Positions 31,947 through 39,978 of a stretch of DNA of 64,000 nucleotides are shown in pieces. The position numbers were made by a program, and so were the translations under genes. How positions within the stretch are numbered: position 1 is the stretch's first letter; every line of letters begins with the position of its first letter. Source of the DNA: an uncultured Pelagibacteraceae bacterium (GTDB taxonomy: Bacteria > Pseudomonadota > Alphaproteobacteria > Pelagibacterales > AG-422-B15); NCBI GenBank assembly GCA_902564025.1, contig CACEZK010000001.1, forward strand, positions 69,819-133,818, in the 5' to 3' direction. The notes beneath the pieces were generated by a model, which was given only the letters and a program-made list of their open reading frames with translations, was not told the origin of the DNA and ran no database searches.

Positions 31947-32927
31947 GTGAATACCCCAGTAAAATCATTATCGAATTTACTTAAAAGCTCTCTAAAGAGA
32001 GTTGAAAGAGAAATCAGTAAGAACATAAAGGATGAAGAAAAATTAATTACATTAACAGCAGGCCATCTCATTAAAGCTAAAGGAAAAAAAATAAGGCCCC
32101 TTCTTACCTTACTTGTATCAAAAATGCTAAATTACAATGGTAACGCAGATGTAACACTTGCTGTCTGCATAGAGTTTATTCATAACGCTACATTGTTGCA
32201 TGATGATGTAATTGATACAGGAAAGGTCAGAAGAGGAAAATTAAGCGCAAATCAAATATGGGGAAATAAAGTAAGTGTTCTAGTTGGAGATTACCTTTTA
32301 AGTAGAGCTTTTAAGCTAATGGTAAAAAATAAATCACTGAAGTTACTAGAGATATTATCCCAAACATCACTCATTTTAGCGAGAGGACAAATACAAGACG
32401 TAGGCAACAATCAAAATGTCAACTTAACAGAAAAGAAGTATTTATCTATCATAGATGCTAAAACTGCTGAGCTTTTTAGGATATCTTGTTTCTTACCAAC
32501 CATCATTACTGACCAAAATAAAAAAACTCAAAAAATATTTAATGATTTTGGTTTTAATTTTGGCATGGCCTTTCAATTATCTGACGACGTATTAGATTAT
32601 TTTGGTGACTCGAGCAAAATGGGAAAAAGGGTTGGGAAAGATTTTTTTGAGGGTAAAGTAACATATCCAGTCATTCATTGTTTCAAAAAATCTGATAAAA
32701 AGTCAAAAAAAATTATAGCCAAACTCTTTTTTAAGAGAAAAAGAAGTAAAAAAGATCTGGCAGTACTTCTAAATCTAATGAAAAAAACTAATACTTATAA
32801 GAGTTCAATTGAATTTGTTAGAAAATACGCAGAAAAAGCTAAAACTAATATTAATAAATTTGAAGGAAATAAATATAAAGTGTATCTTGATGAATTGGTG
32901 GATCATTTAATAATCAGAGACAAATAA
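31947..32927 (+). CDS. ispB: Long-chain polyprenyl (octaprenyl-type) diphosphate synthase
   Basis: GTG start. First and second Asp-rich motifs 'LLHDDVIDTGKVRRG' and 'QLSDDVLDY'. Confidence 0.8.
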   Translation: MNTPVKSLSNLLKSSLKRVEREISKNIKDEEKLITLTAGHLIKAKGKKIRPLLTLLVSKMLNYNGNADVTLAVCIEFIHNATLLHDDVIDTGKVRRGKLSANQIWGNKVSVLVGDYLLSRAFKLMVKNKSLKLLEILSQTSLILARGQIQDVGNNQNVNLTEKKYLSIIDAKTAELFRISCFLPTIITDQNKKTQKIFNDFGFNFGMAFQLSDDVLDYFGDSSKMGKRVGKDFFEGKVTYPVIHCFKKSDKKSKKIIAKLFFKRKRSKKDLAVLLNLMKKTNTYKSSIEFVRKYAEKAKTNINKFEGNKYKVYLDELVDHLIIRDK

Positions 32928-32936
32928 AAAATAAAT

Positions 32937-34022
32937 ATGTCATTTAACACTTTCGGAAAAAATTTTCGATTTACAACATGGGGGGAATCTCATGGGGAAG
33001 CTATTGGATGTGTAATTGATGGTTGTCCTCCTTTAATACCACTTAAGGAAAAGGATGTTCAGAAATATTTAGATATGAGAAAGCCAGGAAAAAATAGATT
33101 TGTTACACAAAGAAGAGAAGATGATAAAGTTTCAATTTTATCTGGTGTATTTGAGGGAAAAACAACTGGAACTCCGATAATGCTGTTAATTTGGAATAAA
33201 GATCAAAAATCAAAAGACTACAGTGATATAAAAAATAAATTTAGACCTGGACATGCTGACTTAACATATTTTTTGAAATATGGAATAAGAGATTATAGAG
33301 GTGGAGGTCGTTCTTCCGCAAGAGAAACTGCGAGTAGAGTAGCTGCTGGCGCTGTCGCAAGAAAGGTAATTAGACATATATTAAAAAAAGATATTTTAAT
33401 TCAAGGTGCAGTTACACAGGTTGGAAAGCTCACAATTAATCAAAGAAATTTCAATTGGAATGACGTAAAGAAAAATTCATTTTTCTGTCCTGATAAAAAA
33501 ATAGTTAAAGTTTGGGAAGAGTACCTAGATGAAACTAGAAAAAAAGGATCATCATTGGGTGCAAAATTATTAGTAAATGCTAAAAATGTTCCCGCCGGAC
33601 TTGGAGAACCTGTATATGGTAAGTTAGATGCTGACCTTGCAGGTGCAATGATGAGTATCAACGCTGTTAAAGGTGTTGAAATAGGAGCTGGTAATGAGGC
33701 TGTTGAATTATCAGGAGATGAAAACTCCGATGAAATAAGAGCTAATAGAAATAAAAAAATTATCTTTTCTTCTAATAACTCTGGCGGAATCTTAGGTGGT
33801 ATATCAAGTGGTCAGGATTTAAATTTATCAATAACGATTAAACCAACGTCGTCAATTTTGAAGGCAAAAAAAACAATTAATAATAAATTTCAAAATACAT
33901 CGATTTCAACAAAAGGTCGTCACGATCCATGTGTAGGTTTGAGAGCTGTCCCTATTGCTGAAGCTATGATGGCGTGTGTTTTAGCAGATCACATATTGCG
34001 CAATAGAGCACAGTGTGGCTAA
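32937..34022 (+). CDS. aroC: Chorismate synthase
   Basis: '[11 protein letters not shown]', 'RPGHADLTY', '[11 protein letters not shown]' and 'KGRHDPCV'. Confidence 0.93.
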   Translation: MSFNTFGKNFRFTTWGESHGEAIGCVIDGCPPLIPLKEKDVQKYLDMRKPGKNRFVTQRREDDKVSILSGVFEGKTTGTPIMLLIWNKDQKSKDYSDIKNKFRPGHADLTYFLKYGIRDYRGGGRSSARETASRVAAGAVARKVIRHILKKDILIQGAVTQVGKLTINQRNFNWNDVKKNSFFCPDKKIVKVWEEYLDETRKKGSSLGAKLLVNAKNVPAGLGEPVYGKLDADLAGAMMSINAVKGVEIGAGNEAVELSGDENSDEIRANRNKKIIFSSNNSGGILGGISSGQDLNLSITIKPTSSILKAKKTINNKFQNTSISTKGRHDPCVGLRAVPIAEAMMACVLADHILRNRAQCG

Positions 34023-34837
34023 ACTTTTAGATCAACTAAAAAATCAATAAGTAAGAGTGTCTTTCTTTTCTTTAATTTAATTTTCATCAAATTCTTTATA
34101 GTCTTTTCAGCTAGTTTTTTTCTGTATTTAAGTAAAATCTCAGTATTTACCTTTGACATTCTTGGAAAATCTACAAAATCATCATTGATTTGAAAAATTT
34201 CTCCAATGTACTCTCCAATTTTTTGCATACTAATTTCGACACTCTTATTTTTGTTTGCACATATTGCAACTGCTTGACAGCAATAAGACATTAATCTTGC
34301 AGTTTTTAATTTATTTAATTTTAATCTCCCTCTTACAGTGGGTGACTTAAAACTTAAATCATAGTATTGCCCTAAAAGAAGTCCTTTTTCACCTGAAACT
34401 TTACTCAGCACTTCAATTAACTTTGTTTTTTTCTTGTCGGATATTTTAAAAGAACTATTAGATAAAATTTGATATGATTTAGTCAATAAAGCACATCCCG
34501 CAAGAATTGCAGTATATTCATTGAATTTATAATGTGTTGTTTTTTTTCCTCTCCTAAATTTATCGTCATCCATAGAAGGTAAATCATCATGCACAAGAGA
34601 ATAATTATGTAACATTTCAATTGCTGATGCTAAATTAAAAATGACACTGTTTGATAAATTCAATTCTTTGCCAAAAATATATACTAGATATGGTCTAAAT
34701 CTTTTACCTCCTGTATTAATTGAATACAGGATAGCTTGATTTAATAGATTTTTATCTTTACTTAGTTTTTTTTTTAAAAATTTATTGAATTTAATAGTAA
34801 ATTTTTTCAAATCGTTATTTATGATTTGATGTTTCAT
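34019..34837 (-). CDS. ispA: Farnesyl/geranyl diphosphate synthase
   Basis: '[17 protein letters not shown]' and 'FQINDDFVD'. Located next to xseB, as in many bacteria. Confidence 0.8.
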   Translation of the reverse strand: MKHQIINNDLKKFTIKFNKFLKKKLSKDKNLLNQAILYSINTGGKRFRPYLVYIFGKELNLSNSVIFNLASAIEMLHNYSLVHDDLPSMDDDKFRRGKKTTHYKFNEYTAILAGCALLTKSYQILSNSSFKISDKKKTKLIEVLSKVSGEKGLLLGQYYDLSFKSPTVRGRLKLNKLKTARLMSYCCQAVAICANKNKSVEISMQKIGEYIGEIFQINDDFVDFPRMSKVNTEILLKYRKKLAEKTIKNLMKIKLKKRKTLLLIDFLVDLKV

Positions 34838-35071
34838 TTACTTTTTTTTAGATATTTTACCATCTGGCAGCACTTTGATTTCCTCAAGTTTTAAAACTGC
34901 ATCGTCTAATTTTTGTTGGCAATGGGCTCTTAATTGCGATCCACGCGTATAATACTCAATAGACTTTTCAAGATCAATGTTACCACTCTCCAAATTTTCT
35001 ACAATCTCAGATAGTTCTTCCATAGCTTTTTCAAAAGAAAGTTTTTTTATGTCATCAGGTATTTTAGTCAT
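34838..35071 (-). CDS. xseB: Exodeoxyribonuclease VII small subunit
   Basis: 77 aa. 'SFEKAMEELSEIVENLESGNIDLEKSIEYYTRG'. Confidence 0.85.
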   Translation of the reverse strand: MTKIPDDIKKLSFEKAMEELSEIVENLESGNIDLEKSIEYYTRGSQLRAHCQQKLDDAVLKLEEIKVLPDGKISKKK

Positions 35072-35999
35072 TATTTTGTAACTCTCTTATATGGGTAATC
35101 ATTGAATTTTCTAAAGCTTGTATATCATATCCACCTTCAAGCATAGAAATAATTCGGTTATCACAATATTTATCTGCAATACTCATCAACTTTTGTGTTA
35201 TCAATTTAAAATCATTTTCTAAAAGTTCTAGCGATGCCAATGGGTCTTTTTCGTGAGCATCGAAACCCGCTGATAAAATTAAAAAATCTGGTTTTTGATT
35301 GTGTAATTTTTTTATAATCATCTCATCAAATGCCGATTGATATTGTGATGAATTTGTACCCGCTTGAAGAGGTACATTAACAATATTACCTACTCCCTTT
35401 TCATTTGTGTCGCCTGTTCCAGGATACAATGGATATTGATGAGTTGAATAGTAATGTACTTTAGAATTTTCATAGAATATATCTTGCGTTCCGTTTCCAT
35501 GATGAACATCAAAGTCAATAATGGCAATATTTTCTAAACTATACCTATTAATCAAGTACTTTGCAGATATAGCTACATTATTAAATACACAAAAACCCAT
35601 TGAACGGTCATAACATGCATGATGGCCTGGCGGCCTTACAATACAGAACGCATTCATACATTTTTTATTTATAACGTTATCTGCTGCGTCTATGCCAGCG
35701 CCAGCAGCTTTTAATGTTGCCTCAAAAGAACCACTAGATACAGGTGTTTCTTGATCCAGAAAAACTATCTGTTCATCTTTTGGAAAACGATCAAGAGTTT
35801 CATCAACAAAACTTTTATCATGTGCTTCATAAATATGAGAGTAATCTACCTTATTCGGTTTAATTATTGATATATTTTTAAATTCTTCATTATTTATTAA
35901 ATTGATGATATTTTTTACCCGATCAGTTCTCTCTGGATAATCGAGAGAAGATACATGATCTTTAAAACTATCATCAAAATATATTTGTGTTTGAGTCAT
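35064..35999 (-). CDS. Histone deacetylase family (acetoin utilization/acetylpolyamine amidohydrolase-like) protein
   Basis: 'RPPGHHA', 'IIDFDVHHGNGTQ', 'SAGFDAH' and 'EGGY'. It overlaps the xseB start by 8 nt. Confidence 0.8.
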   Translation of the reverse strand: MTQTQIYFDDSFKDHVSSLDYPERTDRVKNIINLINNEEFKNISIIKPNKVDYSHIYEAHDKSFVDETLDRFPKDEQIVFLDQETPVSSGSFEATLKAAGAGIDAADNVINKKCMNAFCIVRPPGHHACYDRSMGFCVFNNVAISAKYLINRYSLENIAIIDFDVHHGNGTQDIFYENSKVHYYSTHQYPLYPGTGDTNEKGVGNIVNVPLQAGTNSSQYQSAFDEMIIKKLHNQKPDFLILSAGFDAHEKDPLASLELLENDFKLITQKLMSIADKYCDNRIISMLEGGYDIQALENSMITHIRELQNND

Positions 36000-36002
36000 T
36001 TA

Positions 36003-36641
36003 ATGAAATCTAAAATAATAAATCTAAATTCAAATAATATTAAAATTATAACTAGAAGTCTACTCATAGGAAAAACTATAGTAATCCCAACAGATACCGT
36101 TTATGGTATTGCAGCCGATGCAAAGAGTTTTCAAGGCGTTGAAAATATATTTAAGATTAAAAAAAGACCCAAACGATTTCCACTTATTTTGTTTACTCAT
36201 TCAATTGCTGAAGCTAAAAAGCTTGCAATATTTTCACCCTTTGAGGAATATTTGGCATCAAAATATTGGCCTGGACCACTTACTTTGATATTAAAAAAGA
36301 AAGGAAAAAAGTTTTACAATGGGGATAAAAGATTGTCTAAGGTAGGTATACGCATTCCAAAAAATAAAGACGTTATAAAAATTCTCGAGTACATTCAAAA
36401 GCCACTTGCAACTACAAGCGCTAATATTCATGGAGAAATAAATACAAAATCTCTAAATCAATTAGGAATAATAAAATCAAAAGATGTCGCTTATGCAATC
36501 GAAAAAAAAGGTAAAATGAGCTTTAAAGAGTCAACTTTAGTTGAAACTAAAAATAATCAAATAAACATTATACGCGAAGGTTCTTTGTCTAAAAAATTAA
36601 TTAATAAAGAATTAAAAAATTTTAATAAGAAACATTATTAA
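36003..36641 (+). CDS. tsaC: L-threonylcarbamoyladenylate synthase (YrdC/TsaC family)
   Basis: 'IVIPTDTVYGIAADA', 'KKRPKRFPL' and 'TSANIHG'. ATG at 36003 is preferred to the upstream track start at 35955, which lies inside the divergent HDAC gene. Confidence 0.8.
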   Translation: MKSKIINLNSNNIKIITRSLLIGKTIVIPTDTVYGIAADAKSFQGVENIFKIKKRPKRFPLILFTHSIAEAKKLAIFSPFEEYLASKYWPGPLTLILKKKGKKFYNGDKRLSKVGIRIPKNKDVIKILEYIQKPLATTSANIHGEINTKSLNQLGIIKSKDVAYAIEKKGKMSFKESTLVETKNNQINIIREGSLSKKLINKELKNFNKKHY

Positions 36642-37237
36642 GCGTCTACGAATGCATTAAAAGAAAAACACCGTCTCTCACCATCTCCTCTAAAAGGGTG
36701 GACATCATGCATTAAAAAAGAAGGGAAAATATATAAATCTCCTACCTTAGGCTTAAATGTTTCACGGTGCTTAACAAGCGGAGGGCTATTCCTGGGCATA
36801 GAAACACGGCCATCAAAAAATGATATTAAACCTGCTAAATCTTTTTCTTTATTTAATCTTATAGACGAGGGAATTTTTAAATAACCTACACCACTGATGT
36901 TGCCTCTATGTAAATGGGGTGGATTAAAATCTCCAGCATATTGACTCACTATCCAAGCTCTTTCAATTTTAATTTTCTTAACTTTTATATTTAATGTTTG
37001 CTTATAATAATCTTTTATTGAATTAATTATCTGTTTTTCTATTCCAGCTTTTAGAATTTTATTTGGTATTTTAAACTGCTGTTTCATACTTCCTATGAGC
37101 CTATGATCATAATCATACTTTTTAGATAAGGACTTATTTTTTGATACTTGTTCTGAAAACTTGTTTAAGTTTGTAACTGTTCTAGATGAGAGCTTTGTTT
37201 TGCCTATTGTTGGCCCAAATGGTTTATATATCTTCAT
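36638..37237 (-). CDS. Putative 2OG-Fe(II) oxygenase-like protein (family common in cyanophages and marine bacteria)
   Basis: 199 aa. 'FNPPHLHRGNISGVGYLKIP' and 'GDLYIFPSFLMHDVHPF' give an H...H double-stranded beta-helix-like pattern. The family assignment is from memory of the TIGR02466-type family, not a search. Confidence 0.5.
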   Translation of the reverse strand: MKIYKPFGPTIGKTKLSSRTVTNLNKFSEQVSKNKSLSKKYDYDHRLIGSMKQQFKIPNKILKAGIEKQIINSIKDYYKQTLNIKVKKIKIERAWIVSQYAGDFNPPHLHRGNISGVGYLKIPSSIRLNKEKDLAGLISFFDGRVSMPRNSPPLVKHRETFKPKVGDLYIFPSFLMHDVHPFRGDGERRCFSFNAFVDA

Positions 37238-37247
37238 AGTTTTTTTA

Positions 37248-37324
37248 TGGTGCGCCCGGAAGGATTCGAACCCTCAACCCTCAGATCCGAAGTCTGATGC
37301 TCTATCCAGTTGAGCTACGGACGC
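37248..37324 (-). tRNA. tRNA-Arg (anticodon UCG)
   Basis: The reverse complement GCGTCCGTAGCTCAACTGGATAGAGCATCAGACTTCGGATCTGAGGGTTGAGGGTTCGAATCCTTCCGGGCGCACCA has an acceptor stem GCGTCCG/CGGGCGC. Anticodon stem-loop is TCAGA-CTTCGGA-TCTGA and CCA is encoded. Confidence 0.9.
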
Positions 37325-37347
37325 ATCTATATTATATTTCACGTACC

Positions 37348-37770
37348 ATGCTTTTTCTTAAGATACTAGAGAAATTAGGACGAAAAAAAGTTGTGATGGA
37401 CAGAGGCCCTTCACACCCAGAATATCATTTAGCGAAACCGTGGACAGCTAGGTATTATTTACTATTTAGAAAAAGACCGAAATGGTTTCCTTTCAATATA
37501 CTTATTCATCATATTTTAGATAATGATCATGGAATTGGACTGCACAACCATCCCTTTCCATATATTACAATTATTTTAAGTGGCGGTTACTGGGAGACAA
37601 ACATCAAAGGAGAAAGAAAATGGCGTGGAAAATTTTATATAGGTTTTAGAAGTGCTGATAATTTACACCGAGTTGACTTAGAGCCTGGCATTAAGCCAAT
37701 TACAGTTTATATTGCTGGTCCTTACGGACTAAGAAAAAAAGGAAGAAGCGAATACGGGACTTTAAACTAA
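37348..37770 (+). CDS. Hypothetical protein (possible cupin-like fold)
   Basis: 140 aa from the ATG at 37348, because the track start at 37297 lies inside the tRNA-Arg gene. His-rich segment 'NILIHHILDNDHGIGLHNHPFPYITIILSGGYWE'. I do not recognise a family. Confidence 0.4.
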   Translation: MLFLKILEKLGRKKVVMDRGPSHPEYHLAKPWTARYYLLFRKRPKWFPFNILIHHILDNDHGIGLHNHPFPYITIILSGGYWETNIKGERKWRGKFYIGFRSADNLHRVDLEPGIKPITVYIAGPYGLRKKGRSEYGTLN

Positions 37771-38022
37771 TTTTTTCCTTAATTGCGTTCTGAGTTTACG
37801 ATCTTTTTTTAAAACAATTTCCCTTTTCATTGCATCAGATTTAGACTCAAAAATCTCTTTATACAAAAGTTTCCATTTGCTACCTCTAGTGTATTTTGCA
37901 CCTTTTGAGGCGTTATGAGCGCTTATTCTTTTATCAATATTATTGCTCCAACCAACATATGTTCTAGGCCTAGGATTGGTTGTGCCAATGATATACACAT
38001 AGAATTTCATGATTCTAAACAT
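37762..38022 (-). CDS. GIY-YIG nuclease superfamily small protein (UPF0213-like)
   Basis: 86 aa. 'FYVYIIGT....TYVGWSNNIDKRISAHN' and 'KREIVLKK'. A convergent 9-nt overlap with the preceding ORF. Confidence 0.75.
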   Translation of the reverse strand: MFRIMKFYVYIIGTTNPRPRTYVGWSNNIDKRISAHNASKGAKYTRGSKWKLLYKEIFESKSDAMKREIVLKKDRKLRTQLRKKLV

Positions 38023-38081
38023 AATAATTGTAATTAGTACTTAATTAAATATAGTATCTTTAAATAAATAGGAGAAAAAGC

Positions 38082-38198
38082 ATGCGTACTACTCTTACAG
38101 TTTTAGCTTTCAGTTTTATGATTTCAGCTTGTACTACATTACAAAGCATAAATGAAACCATTAAAGGTGATGGTGTTCCTTATATTCCAGGAATATAA
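38082..38198 (+). CDS. Unannotated 38-aa small lipoprotein
   Basis: My own translation is MRTTLTVLAFSFMISACTTLQSINETIKGDGVPYIPGI*. It has a signal peptide with lipobox-like 'MISAC'. AGGAGA lies 8 nt upstream of the ATG and a hairpin/T-tract terminator follows immediately. Confidence 0.5.
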   Translation: MRTTLTVLAFSFMISACTTLQSINETIKGDGVPYIPGI

Positions 38199-38208
38199 AT
38201 ATTAGAAG

Positions 38209-38240
38209 CTGGCCCTTTTTAGGGTCAGTTTTCTTTTTTT
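38209..38240 (+). terminator. Rho-independent terminator after the small lipoprotein ORF
   Basis: CTGGCCC (38209-38215) pairs with GGGTCAG (38222-38228) with one G-U pair. The loop is 6 nt and TTTTCTTTTTTT follows. Confidence 0.55.
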
Positions 38241-38302
38241 GTAATAATTAGAAAAAATAGTTAATTAGTCAAAGCGCCTACTTAAAATTTATAGTTTCCA
38301 AT

Positions 38303-39430
38303 ATGTATAAAGTTCAAATTTCTGGAACCGGCCTATACACTCCTAAGGAAAAAATCTCTAATGAGGAATTAGTACAATCATTCAATAAATATGTTGATGA
38401 ATTTAACGAAATAAATTCAGAAGATATTAAAAATGGAAAAACCCAACCTTTGGAAAAATCCAGTGCTGAATTCATAGAAAAAGCATCAGGTGTTAAATCA
38501 AGATATGTACAAAATAGAACTGGAATTCTAGATACTTCTTTTATGAGGCCTAAATTGAGAGAAAGGTCAGAAGAAGAATTATCTAATTTAGCCGAAATGG
38601 GAGTCATTGCAGCTAAAGATGCGATTAAAAACTCAAATATAGATGTAGATGATATTGATGCAGTAATTGTAGCTTGTTCAAATCTTGAACGTGCCTATCC
38701 AGCAATTGCAATTGAAATACAAAATGCTTTGGGTATCAAAGGTTTTGCTTTTGATATGAATGTTGCATGTTCATCAGCAACTTTTGGAATTCAAACTATC
38801 TTCGACATGGTAAAGTCTGGAAGTATAAAGTCTGCTATCATGATTAATCCTGAAATCTGTACCGGACATTTAAATTTCAGAGATCGAGACTGTCATTTTA
38901 TTTTTGGAGACGTTGCGACTGCAGTTATTCTAGAACGTCTTAATGAAGATAATATTAAAGAAAACTCCTATGAAATAATTGGTACGAGATTATTAACTAA
39001 GTTTTCAAATAATATAAGAAATAATTATGGCTTTTTAAATAATTCATCGCCTGATGGTGTTGGTCAGTCAGACAAATTATTTCATCAAAATGGACGAAAA
39101 GTATTTAAGGAAGTTGTTCCAGAAGTTTCTAACTTGATTAAATCTCATTTAGAAGAAAATAACTTATCGGCCAATGATCTTAAAGGCATGTATCTTCATC
39201 AAGCCAACGAGAATATGAACGTTTTAATTTCAAAGTATGTATTGGGAAAAGATGCCCCAAAAGAGTTAGCACCTGTAGTTTTGGATGAATATGCAAATAC
39301 AAGTTCAGCTGGTTCAATTATTGCCTTTCATAAATACAATAAATCATTAAATAAAAATGATTTAGCAATTATATGTTCATTTGGAGCTGGTTATTCAGTT
39401 GGAAATGTAATTGTAAAAAAGATAGCTTAA
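38303..39430 (+). CDS. Beta-ketoacyl-ACP synthase III family protein (long FabH-like)
   Basis: 375 aa. Active-site Cys 'NVACSSATFG', 'YLHQANENM' and 'SFGAGYS'. Confidence 0.8.
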   Translation: MYKVQISGTGLYTPKEKISNEELVQSFNKYVDEFNEINSEDIKNGKTQPLEKSSAEFIEKASGVKSRYVQNRTGILDTSFMRPKLRERSEEELSNLAEMGVIAAKDAIKNSNIDVDDIDAVIVACSNLERAYPAIAIEIQNALGIKGFAFDMNVACSSATFGIQTIFDMVKSGSIKSAIMINPEICTGHLNFRDRDCHFIFGDVATAVILERLNEDNIKENSYEIIGTRLLTKFSNNIRNNYGFLNNSSPDGVGQSDKLFHQNGRKVFKEVVPEVSNLIKSHLEENNLSANDLKGMYLHQANENMNVLISKYVLGKDAPKELAPVVLDEYANTSSAGSIIAFHKYNKSLNKNDLAIICSFGAGYSVGNVIVKKIA

Positions 39431-39978
39431 AAATTTGGCTCTTTAGAAAATAATCTTCTCACCATTGGTTCAAAATGATCTAACGGGAAGGATTCATAAT
39501 TAGGATCAAAAGATTTTTGATCCCACTTTTCACAAAAGTCGACCGCATCTTGATAGTATGGGTGATCCTTAAATTTATCTCGTGAATTTCTATCTTTACC
39601 TAAATGATGAGCATAATAATATTCTTGAAAAAGCCCATGATGCAACATAATCCAATGAACCTTTTCAGAAACATACGGTCTTAAAACAGCAGCTATGAGC
39701 TGACTGTGATTGTATGGAGCAAGACTGTCTCCTATATCATGCAACAATGTAGCAACAATCATTTCTTCATCTGCCCCATCTTTTTCAGCTCTGGTTGCTG
39801 ATTGCAAAGAATGCTCAAGTCTTGTTACTTGATACCCGTCCACTGAATTATCTAAGTTTTTTAATGATTCTAAAATTCGATCAGGAAGTTCATTTACGTA
39901 GTTTTTTTCATATTCAGCCAAAAGTTCATAATCTTCTTTTGATCCTTTTTTCATTTCGGTAAACTTGACTGTCTTCAT
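39427..39978 (-). CDS. Short HD-domain protein, candidate diiron oxygenase of the PhnZ/TmpB type (usually annotated as phosphohydrolase)
   Basis: 183 aa. H56 ('RLEHSLQSA'), H80-D81 ('LLHDIGD'), further His at 91, 108 and 113-114 ('VHWIMLHHG'), and Asp 153/158 ('KWDQKSFD'). Its ATG overlaps the TGA of the upstream BBOX-like dioxygenase (ATGA at 39975-39978). Confidence 0.6.
   Translation of the reverse strand: MKTVKFTEMKKGSKEDYELLAEYEKNYVNELPDRILESLKNLDNSVDGYQVTRLEHSLQSATRAEKDGADEEMIVATLLHDIGDSLAPYNHSQLIAAVLRPYVSEKVHWIMLHHGLFQEYYYAHHLGKDRNSRDKFKDHPYYQDAVDFCEKWDQKSFDPNYESFPLDHFEPMVRRLFSKEPNF

Noticed and set aside
37297-37347. Upstream extension of the hypothetical ORF (track start at 37297)
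   Set aside because: The first 28 nt would lie inside the tRNA-Arg gene on the opposite strand. The in-frame ATG at 37348 gives a clean gene boundary.
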